Below, piece after piece: positions 46,614 through 57,384 of a DNA stretch of 64,000 nucleotides. Both the position numbers and the translations under genes were made by a program. Location of the stretch: the NCBI RefSeq assembly GCF_023055435.1, contig NW_025964392.1, forward strand, positions 434,001-498,000, written 5' to 3'. Origin of the DNA: Haliotis rufescens (taxonomy: Eukaryota). Each line of letters starts with the position of its first letter. Positions within the stretch are counted from its first letter, which is position 1. A model generated the notes under the pieces. It ran no database searches. It was not told the origin of the DNA and saw nothing but the letters and a program-made list of their open reading frames with translations.

Positions 46614-46904
46614 TATTAATATAAAGTGTACATAAAATCAACATTATTGTACATTTTTACCAGTATATATATATGTCCCCTACTTTGTCTCCCCATTCCC
46701 ACTTTATTAAATTTGTGTATATATATAATTGTGGTTCTACGTTTTACGTTTGTGACATTTCCTCTTTACTTTGAATTGTTATGGCCACTACTCCGACCAC
46801 TGTGAGACTTTATTTTATTTAGGAGTAGTGGCCCTACTGCTGTCCAAATGTGTAGTTTCTTTTCCATGTGAATAAATTTATTACAAAAAAAAGAGTATCT
46901 GTTC

Positions 46905-48005
46905 CTGGAGCTACATTGGAGGACAACTCTGGATTGATCTTGTGTTTCTGTTCCCTGGATTCTTGGAGGAAGTGGTAACTATATTGTGTGACTGACTAAC
47001 TTTCTTCTCTTTACAGATCGACGGGTGGGCCTACCACAGTTGTAAAACTGTGGTAGTAGACCTTCAGTGGTCACCCCCCATTTATTCCTGTCTTTTCGCC
47101 GCCATGGCACTCGCTGTGGACCAGTGCGACAGGGACCCAGGCATCGCCCCACGTACCATATCAGAGCGCAATCAAAGGTGAGAGGATTCTCAAGAGAGGC
47201 CTTATTTTATGCCATTCAGAAAGCTTATCGCTGGCATTTCCGTTAAAAACATTTTTTCAATCTGGAATACTGAACAGAACGGAACATGGTTTATAACGTT
47301 TCATGATCAAAGGAGAGTCAAAGCTTTGTTAGATGCAGGATCAGTTCCTTTTATAGATGGTTTCATTCAATTCAGCCATTACACAAAAAAGGTAACATTG
47401 TTACGAGTTCATTGGCTACATGAAGACGTCAGAGACAGTTTCGTTGCAAAACATTTCAGCAGGTATTTTTGTCACGTTGTCATTAATATCTATTATAATA
47501 ATTAAAGCATCATATGTCCTTTTTTAGTGTACCGACCCAATGATTGACCCCAATTGCCCCACATTATTATCTATTAATTCACAGTTTTGATATAGTACGT
47601 AAAACAATCTTTGTACATCAAAATTAGGCCCCCTCTGATGACCCCATTTGCCCTGTATTTAAATGCTTGTATATATGGATATGTAATGTTGTATATATAT
47701 ATATATATTGACATATAATGGTTATTTTAGAATTGTATATATATCAAGATAAAGTGTAAATAAAATCAACATTTGTACATGATTACAAGTATGTCCCTAA
47801 CTTTGTCTCCCCATCCCCACTTTATTTAACTAGTATTTACGTTTTACTTGTTTGTGACGTTTCCTCTTCATTTTGAACTGACATGGCCACTACTCCGACC
47901 ACTGTGATACTTTATTTTATTTAGGAGTAGTGGTCTTATTGCTGTCCAAATCTGTATTATATTTTCCATTTTCATGTGAATAAATTTATTATATATATAC
48001 AAAAA
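46905..48005 (+). mobile_element. Keno-like element B, ~1.1 kb internally deleted copy
   Basis: 5' leader, then ORF1 5' part (RVHWLHEDV) joined to a 3' UTR similar to element A; bounded by AGTATCTGTTC and AGTATC. Confidence 0.82.
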
Positions 48006-48010
48006 GTATC

Positions 48011-49830
48011 GACTTCAAGAAAGCAGTTGGATTACAGTGGATATACATGTGTATGTGCTTTTTCTTGGACCCAGGGTGACGAGTCATTGTGTGATTTTAC
48101 TCTTTTCCCTTCAGGTATACGAGTGGGTGCAGGTACCTTGTGTACCTGAAGACCTTCAGTGGTCGCCCCTCACCTTCCGAGCATGGCAGAGGCAGGAGCG
48201 ATGTGTACTGGCGCTGTACCGCAGCACTTCTTTGACAAGGAGGCTATCCACAACACCCTGAGGATCTCTTCCCGTATGCGAGGACTAACGAATGAACAAG
48301 TGTTTCAGGTACTTTTGACATCCATTGAAACGGTTACTGCCAAAGATATTAGTTCAATCTGGAAATCTAAAAATGGGAATGACTATTTCGTCACCTTCAA
48401 GGAACATAAATATGTTCATCTGTTCAGCTGTATGAATAGTGTAAACTTTTATGGGCAGTGGTATACTTTCTCCCCCCCTATGACAGTCAAATCATTGAAC
48501 TTAAAATCCATTGGTTGCATGGCACCATTGGTAACCAGTACTTGGTGCACTTCTTCTCAAAATATGGGAAAGTGTTAGGAGTGCGTAGGCACAAAGAATT
48601 CCTAGACAATGAACCAATTGAAACTGGTATTCGATACGTTGATCTACAACTCCAAAGCTATGACACTGACCTCCCATACATTGTCAAGATGGGTAAGCGC
48701 ATGTCAATGCTCATTTCTACTTCTGGCAGATTGCCAATATGTTTCAACTGCAATCGTATTGGACACTTGCGGAGTGCCTGTCCTGACAGACAGCCACCTT
48801 CCAGGTTCACAGTCGTGTCAGACACATATGCAAAAGCTGCAAACATTGGGTTGCGAGACCAGGACGCAGCATCCATTACAAGCATGAGTGAGGTAGAGGG
48901 CGTGGCGCCTTTTATTGGCCCGCTTCCTAAAGAAGCATTTGATGACAATGAAATGGAGGTCAAAGGTGAAGGGAAGGGTGAAGGTGTTTTCGAAGGGAGA
49001 GGAGAGAATCCTTCTGTGGAAAAGGAGGTTTCAACAAACAATGAGGTACCCTGTGACATTGGAGATGGAGAGGTTCAATTCTCACAAGATGGCGATGATG
49101 CTATAAGTGTAATTAGTGATCATGATTTTTCTCCCCCTTACCCTTTACCACAGTCCAAAGGAAATCCAGAGGCAAGTCTAACGGTAAAGACACTTCAAGG
49201 GGTAGTAAAAGAGGCTCCGAGGTGGAATCCCCTTCTAGGAGGCACCCCTTTTCCCAGTGTGGTCCAGGACAAGCTGCAGTTATTTCAGAAAGTCAGAGAA
49301 CGTCTCCCAGGGGTGCACTTAAAAAGTTGAGAGCTGGTGAAGAGGCCCCAATGACCTAATTTAAAGGTGCCTTTCAAATTACTCCCAAAATGACGACGCT
49401 ACGCCCCAGACTATGAATATAGAACAACAGAATCAAACACTCTCCCTGGCAGTAATAATCAAGGATCGTGTACATTTTATTTTAGATCAATTTAGGTTTG
49501 ATGTAGATGTGAGGTATTTATTATTAGATTGTAGTATAAATGAGACTAGGATTCGATTAATATTTATGCTCCTAACAATTCGGTAGATAGGGTGATATTT
49601 TTCCAAAATATTTCAAAACATTTTGTGACTAATGGACTTTTAATTATGGGAGGGGATTTTAATTGTGTTTGTGATATCCAACTTGATAAAGTAAGTGGGA
49701 ACGTGAGAGGTAATCAACAAGGCGCGGTTCTTATTGGACAATGGGTTTCTGACAATTCTCTTACTGACATATTTCGTTCTTTATTTCCAGACTTGGTGAT
49801 GGTGTCTCGGCGTAATGCTGCTTTGACAAG
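48011..49830 (+). mobile_element. Keno-like element C: 5' leader, frameshifted ORF1 (48183-49330) and endonuclease remnant
   Basis: ORF1 with CFNCNRIGHLRSAC knuckle; NIYAPN and MGGDFNC endonuclease motifs. Confidence 0.87.
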
Positions 49831-49929
49831 TGAGCAACTTCTGGTGTGTCAGTAATTGGCTCAGCCTGAACCTGGTTTTAACAGGCTGATCTGAGTTTAC
49901 CCATGTTAAGTTAGTCTGACACGTTTGTC

Positions 49930-51426
49930 TGTTTGTTCGTTTGTTGATTAACGCCGCACTCCAGCTATATGACGGCGGTCTGTAAATGACCGAGTCTGGA
50001 CCAGACAATCCAGTGATTGACATCCTGAGCATCGATCCACGCAATTGAGTGAGTGAGTTAAGCTTTAACGTCACATCGGCAATATTTTAGCCATATTGTG
50101 ACGAGAAGTACATTAATAATACTTATACTGAGTCAAATTAAAAACTTCACATTTTTAAAAGTAATCCCATATATGATATACAATGGACAAATGTATCAGA
50201 GAAGGTAATTTTAAACATTAATGTCCAAAGAAGGATTTTAATTAACGGTGGTAACCATTGTTTGTTCCAAGCACCTATGGTATTCGCTAATAACATCAAC
50301 AGTTTAAATCATAAGTCCCAAGCACGAGAATCTGATGGCACACAAGTTCAGTAGCGTGTATGGCCACCATGTGCGTTGACAACTGCCTCCGCATGGACCT
50401 TGTGATGCTTGTGAACACATGATTGGGAAGACGACGCCATTGTTGCTGCTAAATGGTGCCAAGATCTTGCAAATTCTGTGGTTGGTTCTGGAGAGTGCGC
50501 AGGGAGACCTTGACAGCCAGTCCAGTCCATGGAAGATCAAACCAGGTCCATGTGCTGCCATAAAAGCAGAAGTTCTGGTGCCAGTACCTGGTTGCGGTAA
50601 GCAGTAGCGTTGAGGTTGCCACGGATGACAAGAAGCCTGGAACGTGCATTGCCACAGAATGCACCCCGCACCATGACACTTCCGCCTCGAAATCTGTCAA
50701 CTTCCTGTACACTGGGAGTAACGTTCATGACGGCGCCTCCACAACCTCGCCCTTCCATCAGCAAATTGAAGATTAAATCGGGATTCATCACTGAAGACGA
50801 CTTGATTCCAATTCCTCTGAGTCCATCGTAAGTGTCGCTGTGCCCACAATTGACGTTGACGTTGACGTTGAATTAGAATCGGCCCGCAGTACGGCCGTCG
50901 TGCTTGAAGGTGAGCAGTTCTCAGACGGTTTCGAACAGTTTGCGCACTCAGTCTACCCCTTAACAGTTCATTTCTGATTGACGTAGCCGCCAAAAATCGG
51001 TTACGGAGGTGACATAAGACAATCTGCCGATCCTCTACATGTGACGTCACACGTGGTCGACCTGCCGAGCGGTGGTACCCGTTTGCCGTAGACGCGTCTG
51101 TAAATCATAAACAGTCCGTTGACTACAACCCATCGTCCTTGCGATTTCAGCTACGGATGGTCCCGTCAGCAACATGCCGATGGCACGTTCACGTTGGACA
51201 TTTGACAGGCGTGGCATGACAAATGGCCGTAAAGACTTTTGTTTTCTTGTGTTTTTCTTTTTTTGTTGAGGAAGATCTCCACGCAATTGGGATCAATGAC
51301 ATGCATCAACCAAGTCAGCGAGCCTGACCACCCAATCCCGTTAGTAGCCTTTCACGACAAGCATAGTCACCTTAACGCAAGCATGGGTTGCTGAAGACCT
51401 ATTCTACCCCGGATCTTCACGGGTCA
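49930..51426 (-). mobile_element. Short non-tRNA retroposon (Nimb-5'UTR-like head, (AAAC)n tail), split by an insertion at 50048-51277
   Basis: Head GACCCGTGAAGATCCGGGGTAGAATAGG; tail GCGGCGTTAATCAACAAAC; other copies at ~58905-59180 and ~61057-61160. Confidence 0.78.
50348..51217 (-). pseudogene. Tc1/mariner transposase pseudogene (frameshifted), no recognisable TIRs
   Basis: MPRLS...RAIGML, TVRNRL, VVFSDESRF, GGSVMV, AHGGHTRY* motifs. Confidence 0.9.
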
Positions 51427-51639
51427 AGTCTGACACGTGATAGATTTAATTGTGACAGGTCGACTGACCACAGCTGAGCAAGTTAGAGTTGAGGGAGCTT
51501 TTGTCTGGTTGAGATAGTGTTTCTTTGCTTCTGAAAATGAAACATTATTTTGAACTTTATTTTAACAATTTCTGATTGGCGATGCCATTCAGGACAAGAC
51601 TTTGATGAGGCACCATTTTAACATTCTATTATGATTGTC

Positions 51640-52986
51640 ACCACATCGATGACACACCACAGAGCTGCGACACGATTAAGAACCCTGGCCAAACTGTTGA
51701 CATACACCTCCACCCTGATGTTAAAATATCCACCGTGGAATTGATGTGCAGGCAAAAGTTAGCAAGTAAGTACTTGTTTGGCTGATAACACCTTCCACTT
51801 TTTTGGTGAAATGCTTAACAGCTGTTACACCCTGATCCTCTAGTTCAGGTTGAATCTCTTGTTCGGACATATCAGAAAGGCAACATGCTCGGTCTCGAAC
51901 AATGCCCCGACATGAGTTTAGTGTCCTGTGAGCAGACACAACAACCTCAACTGTGTTACTGACAAAAGATTTAGAGATTGCTGTCTGTGGTCACACTCCA
52001 CAAGAAGAGAGCTAGTCCGAAGACGAGTTACATTTCTCACCTCTCCACAAATTCTTGATACAGCAAAAGTATTTTATTTAATTGGTTCATGATCAGAAGC
52101 CTCAATCACCAAGAACTGAGACCAGGAATCTATATTTTGTGATTTTGTGTTAGTGTTTTCATTTGAACTGTCGCGTTCAAGATGTCTCTTTTTTCGTTTC
52201 GAATTGAACCAGAGTGCGTGAGTGACATGGTGAAATATATAGGTTCAACACCCCTGGTCCTCACCCGCCATCGAGTGTCAACAAGGACAGTGTTACATTG
52301 CACCGGATATCTAAGATGCAAACACCAGGGATACAGGGATGTTATACTCTAGCAAATATGACACAAATAGCAATATTTGTATACCAAATTAAATGCCAGG
52401 CCGGTTCGGCCGATGACAAGTAATTGGATACATACTGAATTTGGAGGTCAACATTACCAGATTGGCCCATGAGCCACCGCCTTCTGGCATAAGACCCAAG
52501 GGAAACTTTTACATAATAATTTGGGAAGTCTAACAAGTAACACATGACCAAGACCAAACAATACATTCATATAAATCACGTTTGTGCATACACAATATTA
52601 TGCACAGGGCTTGGCATGACCAGCCGATTGATAAGAGCGGGCCCATCCTACCACCCACATACAACTTTTGATCCTTTCCATAATCATTTTGTGGAATATA
52701 AGTACATATATATTCAAAATCAAAGTTGACCAGCCGATTGATAGAACTGGGCCCATTCTACCAGCCGTCTAGGTGAAGTCGGGGTCAAAGTGGTTTGTTG
52801 GGCAAAAGGAACACCACCAGAATCCCTTCCTCCATCGACACGCAACCCACGGCAAACAGGTTGCCCAATTTAGTCGCCTCATACAACCAGGGGTGCTGTG
52901 GACACATTCACCCCGGGTCCACACAGGGGAAGAGCTATTAGCATTACCCAGCACTCACCACGTGGAGGTTGCTCTTTACGGGTGCC
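51640..52986 (-). mobile_element. Degenerate Nimb-like LINE 5' portion (ribozyme, 5' UTR, ORF1 remnant)
   Basis: HRTLNSCRGIVRDR; 5' UTR colinear with 33150-33826. Confidence 0.85.
52929..52986 (-). ncRNA. Second, diverged HDV-like ribozyme copy
   Basis: GGCACCC-GU-AAAGAGC-A-ACC-UCCACGU-GGU-GAGUGCU-GG-GUAAU-GCUAAUA-GCUCUUC; one P1 mismatch. Confidence 0.75.
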
Positions 52987-53518
52987 CCATGATGATACAG
53001 GACTTAGGGAGCTGGTCAAATAAATCCTGAAGATCAGACTGCTGAAGATGTGACGATGGAGAAATATATAATGAACAAAGTGTGAAAGTTATGTGTAAGG
53101 TGAGATGGACAGCAATAGCTTAAAGATTGCAGTTAAGAGGTACAGGGCTGTGCATAATGCCCTGCCTCACCACAACTGAAGCACCACCAGTGGCTTTATC
53201 ATCTGGTGGTGTAAAAGAATGAAGTGAGTGAGTGAGTTAAAGCTTTACGTCACATCGGCAATATTTCAGCCATATCGTGACGTAAAAGAATGAAGAGTTG
53301 TACTGACGCATTTCAAATTTATCAGTATGCTTGAGATAGGTTTCTTGCAAACTAAACGCTGATGGTTTGTAATCTTGTGCTAATAACTGTACTTCATTAA
53401 AATTATTCCTAAGTCCTCTGCAATTCCACTGAACTAAATAAGGAAATTGGCTCATGGAGGTTCTATGGGGGATCTCTCGCGTGCACGTGAGGAAGATGGA
53501 CTCCTGTGTCTGTGTTCT
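52987..53518 (-). mobile_element. Fragment of another Nimb-like LINE (ORF1 end / ORF2 endonuclease start) containing a 57-bp LINE-tail insertion (53225-53281)
   Basis: RERSPIEPP* overlapping MSQFPYLVQWNCRGL; the small insertion has TSD GTAAAAGAATGAAG. Confidence 0.85.
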
Positions 53519-53697
53519 GAGTGAGTGAGTGAATATTGCTTAACGCCGCATCAGCAATTTTGCAGCTATTCGCGGCGAGAAATGTCTTTTTTGTAAACAG
53601 ATATCAACCAATAGAATAAAAGTGATGTTGAAAATCACTAAAATCTCAGTCATATATCACATTCAGAGGTAAAAGACTGACTGTTCAGGTAAAAAAT

Positions 53698-56600
53698 CTA
53701 TATTTTATCATAGAGCTTGATTTCCTTTAAATACGCTAAAATCAAGTGATTAGAAACTGTGGTAAAAAGTTCAGATAAGGTACGAACATTATCATAAAAA
53801 CGTTGCCTGACAAGTGCAAAATCAACACATTCCAGCAGAATGTGCTTCATAGTAAGAGGGCTATGGCAAGGTATACAAAAAGGTGGATCTTCACCCTTCA
53901 ATAAAAATGAATGTGTACAATAACTGTGGCCAATGCGGCACCGCTGCAAAACAACTTCATCATGACGATATAAACCAGAATGGGCGTGACCACCAATCAG
54001 TGGTTTGATAGCATGAAGTTTGTTCATAGTCTTGGTATTCCAACTTTTTTGCCAATGGTCATTCACATATTGTCTGATGGAAGGTTTTAGATCAGAATAT
54101 GGGAAGTTTGTGTTGGAAATTGGTTTATTAAGAGCAGCTTTTGCCGAAGAATCTGCTTTACAGTTACCACTGATGCCAACATGACTGGGCAGCCAACAAA
54201 AAATTATATCTTTTCCAGCTACGGATAAATTGAGATGACACCTTAAAATTTCAGCTAAAAATGGATGATCCACTTTTCGATTTTTGATGGCCTGTAAACA
54301 GGACAAACTATCAGATAATATGAGAAAACTGCTTTTAGAAGACTGTTCAATATATTGCAAAGCTAATAATATAGCCTGAGCTTCTGCCGTAAATATCGAA
54401 CTTCCGTCAGTTATACGCATAGACACTGTATAATTGTTAGCAACAGCTGCAGCAGACACCTTTTCATCATCTTTTGAACCATCAGTGTAAATACTTGTAT
54501 AAGAGGAATATCGGTTCTTCAGTTCATGAAATTCTTGTTGATAAAATAATTGATTAGTGTCAGACTTCTTCAGGTTCGCTAATTCTAAATTAACAGCAGG
54601 TTGTATCGATTGCCAAGGAGGCATTTCTGAGATTTTGTATTCAGCAATGGCAGAGAGATTTAAATGAGCATCCTTGATATGGGATTGCATGCGAATTCCA
54701 AGTGGTGGGATTGTGTTTGGATTTCTTATATATAAATGCTGGTATGGAGCATTGAAGATATTGTTAAATGCTGGATTAGAAGGATGAGAGCAGAGTTTAG
54801 TGATATATTGTAATGCCAGTTTTATTCGTCTTAAGCAAAGACTGGGTTCATTGGCTTCCACATATAGACTTTCAATTGGCGATGTCCTAAATGCTCCAAG
54901 ACACAACCGAAGACCCTGATTGTGAATAGTGTCAAGGACTTGAATGTATGATTTACGAGCTGAGCCATAAATGAAGCAGCCGTAATCAAGTTTAGACCTT
55001 ATCAAAGTTCTATAGAGATGTAATAGTGTTTCTCTATCACCACCCCACCTAGTATTTGACACTACCTTTAAAATGTCAAGCGCTTTCAAACATCTAGCTT
55101 TAAGATTTTTAATGTGGGGTATAAATGATAACTTTTGATCAAAGGTAATACCTAAAAACTTGGTTTCTTTGACCACTTTTATTGGAGTATTATTTAAAGT
55201 CAATTCAGGATCTTTATGCAGTTTCCGTTTATTGCAAAAATGAACACAGCAGGTTTTAGTTTTGGAAAACTTAAAACCATTTTCTAAGGCCCATTTCTGT
55301 ATTTTATTGAGACAAAGCTGTAACTGTCTCTCAATGCTATTCATATTTGCACCACAGCATGAAACATTAAAATCGTCAACAAACAAGGAACCATCAATAT
55401 TTTCATTTAAAACTTGAGCAAGACTGTTGATTTTAATGCTAAAAAGTGTCACTGATAAAATACTGCCCTGAGGGACCCCCATTTCCTGATCATATATCTC
55501 GGACAATGTGGATCCAACTCTAACTTTAAATTTTCTATCTTCTAAAAAGCGAGTGATGAAATCAGGCATACGGCCACGTATACCCATGTCGTGGAGATCT
55601 TTTAATATACCATACTTCCACGTGGTATCGTAAGCCTTCTCAAGATCAAAAAAGATCGACACAACATGTTGCTTGTTTACAAAGCCATTCCGTACAAATG
55701 ATTCCAATCGGACAAGATGATCGATGGTGCTCCTGTTGTGTCTAAAACCACACTGAATGTCTGTGATCAGATTATTTGATTCAAGAAACCAAACGAGACG
55801 CCGGTTAATCATCCGTTCCATGGTTTTACAGAGACAACTTGTCAGAGCAATAGGTCTGTAATTAGAAGAATCTGTGTGATCTTTACCAGGTTTAGGCACA
55901 GGTATTACAGTAGCCTCATGCCAGGAAGGAGGGAAGTTACCATTTTCCCATATACTATTAAATATGGATAAAAGGGTTAAAAGAGAAGTCTCAGGAAGAT
56001 GTTTCAAAAATTGATAATGTACGTCATCTGGACCAGAAGCTGTATCATGAGCCTTGTTCAAAGCCTCTTGTAACTCAGTCAAGGAAAAGGATTCATTATA
56101 ATCCTCTGCATTATCAGACCGAAAATTCAGAGTTTTCCTTTCCTGCTGATTTTGAAATTTTTGAAATTTTGGGTCATAGTTGCTAGAGGAGGAATTTTGG
56201 CTGAACGTTTCTGCCAACTTATTAGCAATATCCTGTTTTGATGTCAATACATCATGATTAGATTGTAGATGCTGAATATTGCTCTGTGACCCCTTTCCTT
56301 TTATCTTTCTTATCATATTCCATACTTTATTAAGGGGTGTACGAGAATTTATTTTTGAAACAAACTTTTTCCAGCTTGAACGTCTATTTTGTTTAATTGT
56401 TCTACGAGCCTTTGCTCTTGACATTCTTAAGCAGTTTAAATTATTGGCAGTTGGGTGTTTATTAAACACTCTTTCAGACTTTTTCCTATTTTTCCGAGCT
56501 TTTCTACAATCGTCATTATACCATGGTGTTTTTACATGTGGATTTGTCGAGGTCTTAGGAATAGTTTCTGTGGCAATGTTGATTAATTTATCCGAAAATG

Positions 56601-57384
56601 ATCTGATCTGATCAGGATCATCAATAAAATTTTCAAAGGTTAATTTATCACTGCACATTGTACTAAAGGTTTGCCAATCTGCCTTGTTGAGTTTCCATTT
56701 AGTAATGGGTGGGTCCTGACAAGGAACGATAGTTTTGAGTAAGGTTGGGAAATGATCACTCCCACAAAGGTCATCATGTACTGACCATGAGAACTCATCT
56801 AAAAGAGACGGATCAGCAAAGGCTAAATCAAGAGCTGAGTAAGTACCAGTCGCTGGATGTAAATACGTGTTGCTACCATCATTAAATAGACAGAGATCAT
56901 GCTTCTGGAGCAACTCTTCAAGTATTTTCCCTTTATGATTTTGATCACCCGAACCCCATAATGGGTTGTGACCATTTAGATCGCCCATAAGCAAAAATGG
57001 CTTAGGAAGTTGGGTGATAAGAGTATCTAAATCTTTTATCTGAAGTGCAGTGGATGGAGGTAAATACAGAGAACATAAAGTAATAGCAATATGCAGAGTT
57101 AATCGTACTGCAACTGCCTGTAGGTTGGTATTTAGCGGTATAGCACTGTGTAATGTTCCTTGTCGAACGAGTACACTGGCACCACCCGTTCTTTTACTAT
57201 TGGTAACCCTTGCATATGAATGAAACATATGATATTGACGGAAGTCAATATTATCGCAATCTCTTAAATATGTTTCTTGAAGACTAAAAGCCACAGGATT
57301 AAATTCCTTAGATAGAAGTTTAACCTCATCAAAATTCGCCCTAAGCCCTCGACAGTTCCATTGTATAATAGTGTTATTATGCAT
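53698..57384 (-). CDS. LINE ORF2 (APE-RT-RNase H), intact, 1228 aa
   Basis: Same motifs as 28228-31914. Confidence 0.95.
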   Translation of the reverse strand: MHNNTIIQWNCRGLRANFDEVKLLSKEFNPVAFSLQETYLRDCDNIDFRQYHMFHSYARVTNSKRTGGASVLVRQGTLHSAIPLNTNLQAVAVRLTLHIAITLCSLYLPPSTALQIKDLDTLITQLPKPFLLMGDLNGHNPLWGSGDQNHKGKILEELLQKHDLCLFNDGSNTYLHPATGTYSALDLAFADPSLLDEFSWSVHDDLCGSDHFPTLLKTIVPCQDPPITKWKLNKADWQTFSTMCSDKLTFENFIDDPDQIRSFSDKLINIATETIPKTSTNPHVKTPWYNDDCRKARKNRKKSERVFNKHPTANNLNCLRMSRAKARRTIKQNRRSSWKKFVSKINSRTPLNKVWNMIRKIKGKGSQSNIQHLQSNHDVLTSKQDIANKLAETFSQNSSSSNYDPKFQKFQNQQERKTLNFRSDNAEDYNESFSLTELQEALNKAHDTASGPDDVHYQFLKHLPETSLLTLLSIFNSIWENGNFPPSWHEATVIPVPKPGKDHTDSSNYRPIALTSCLCKTMERMINRRLVWFLESNNLITDIQCGFRHNRSTIDHLVRLESFVRNGFVNKQHVVSIFFDLEKAYDTTWKYGILKDLHDMGIRGRMPDFITRFLEDRKFKVRVGSTLSEIYDQEMGVPQGSILSVTLFSIKINSLAQVLNENIDGSLFVDDFNVSCCGANMNSIERQLQLCLNKIQKWALENGFKFSKTKTCCVHFCNKRKLHKDPELTLNNTPIKVVKETKFLGITFDQKLSFIPHIKNLKARCLKALDILKVVSNTRWGGDRETLLHLYRTLIRSKLDYGCFIYGSARKSYIQVLDTIHNQGLRLCLGAFRTSPIESLYVEANEPSLCLRRIKLALQYITKLCSHPSNPAFNNIFNAPYQHLYIRNPNTIPPLGIRMQSHIKDAHLNLSAIAEYKISEMPPWQSIQPAVNLELANLKKSDTNQLFYQQEFHELKNRYSSYTSIYTDGSKDDEKVSAAAVANNYTVSMRITDGSSIFTAEAQAILLALQYIEQSSKSSFLILSDSLSCLQAIKNRKVDHPFLAEILRCHLNLSVAGKDIIFCWLPSHVGISGNCKADSSAKAALNKPISNTNFPYSDLKPSIRQYVNDHWQKSWNTKTMNKLHAIKPLIGGHAHSGLYRHDEVVLQRCRIGHSYCTHSFLLKGEDPPFCIPCHSPLTMKHILLECVDFALVRQRFYDNVRTLSELFTTVSNHLILAYLKEIKLYDKI

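Larger units (their letters stand above)
39131..46892 (+). mobile_element. Keno-like Tx1 LINE(s) directly after the U2 fragment: remnant A0 (~39131-39630) plus element A (~39635-46892) with nested insertions
   Basis: ORF1 remnants (IHWLHGT, CFSCNRIGHLRSSC); ORF2 start MFNFTSINCNGL at 44936; KSPGSDGL; AT-rich 3' UTR, AATAAA and polyA followed by U2 sequence AGTATCTGTTC. Confidence 0.87.
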
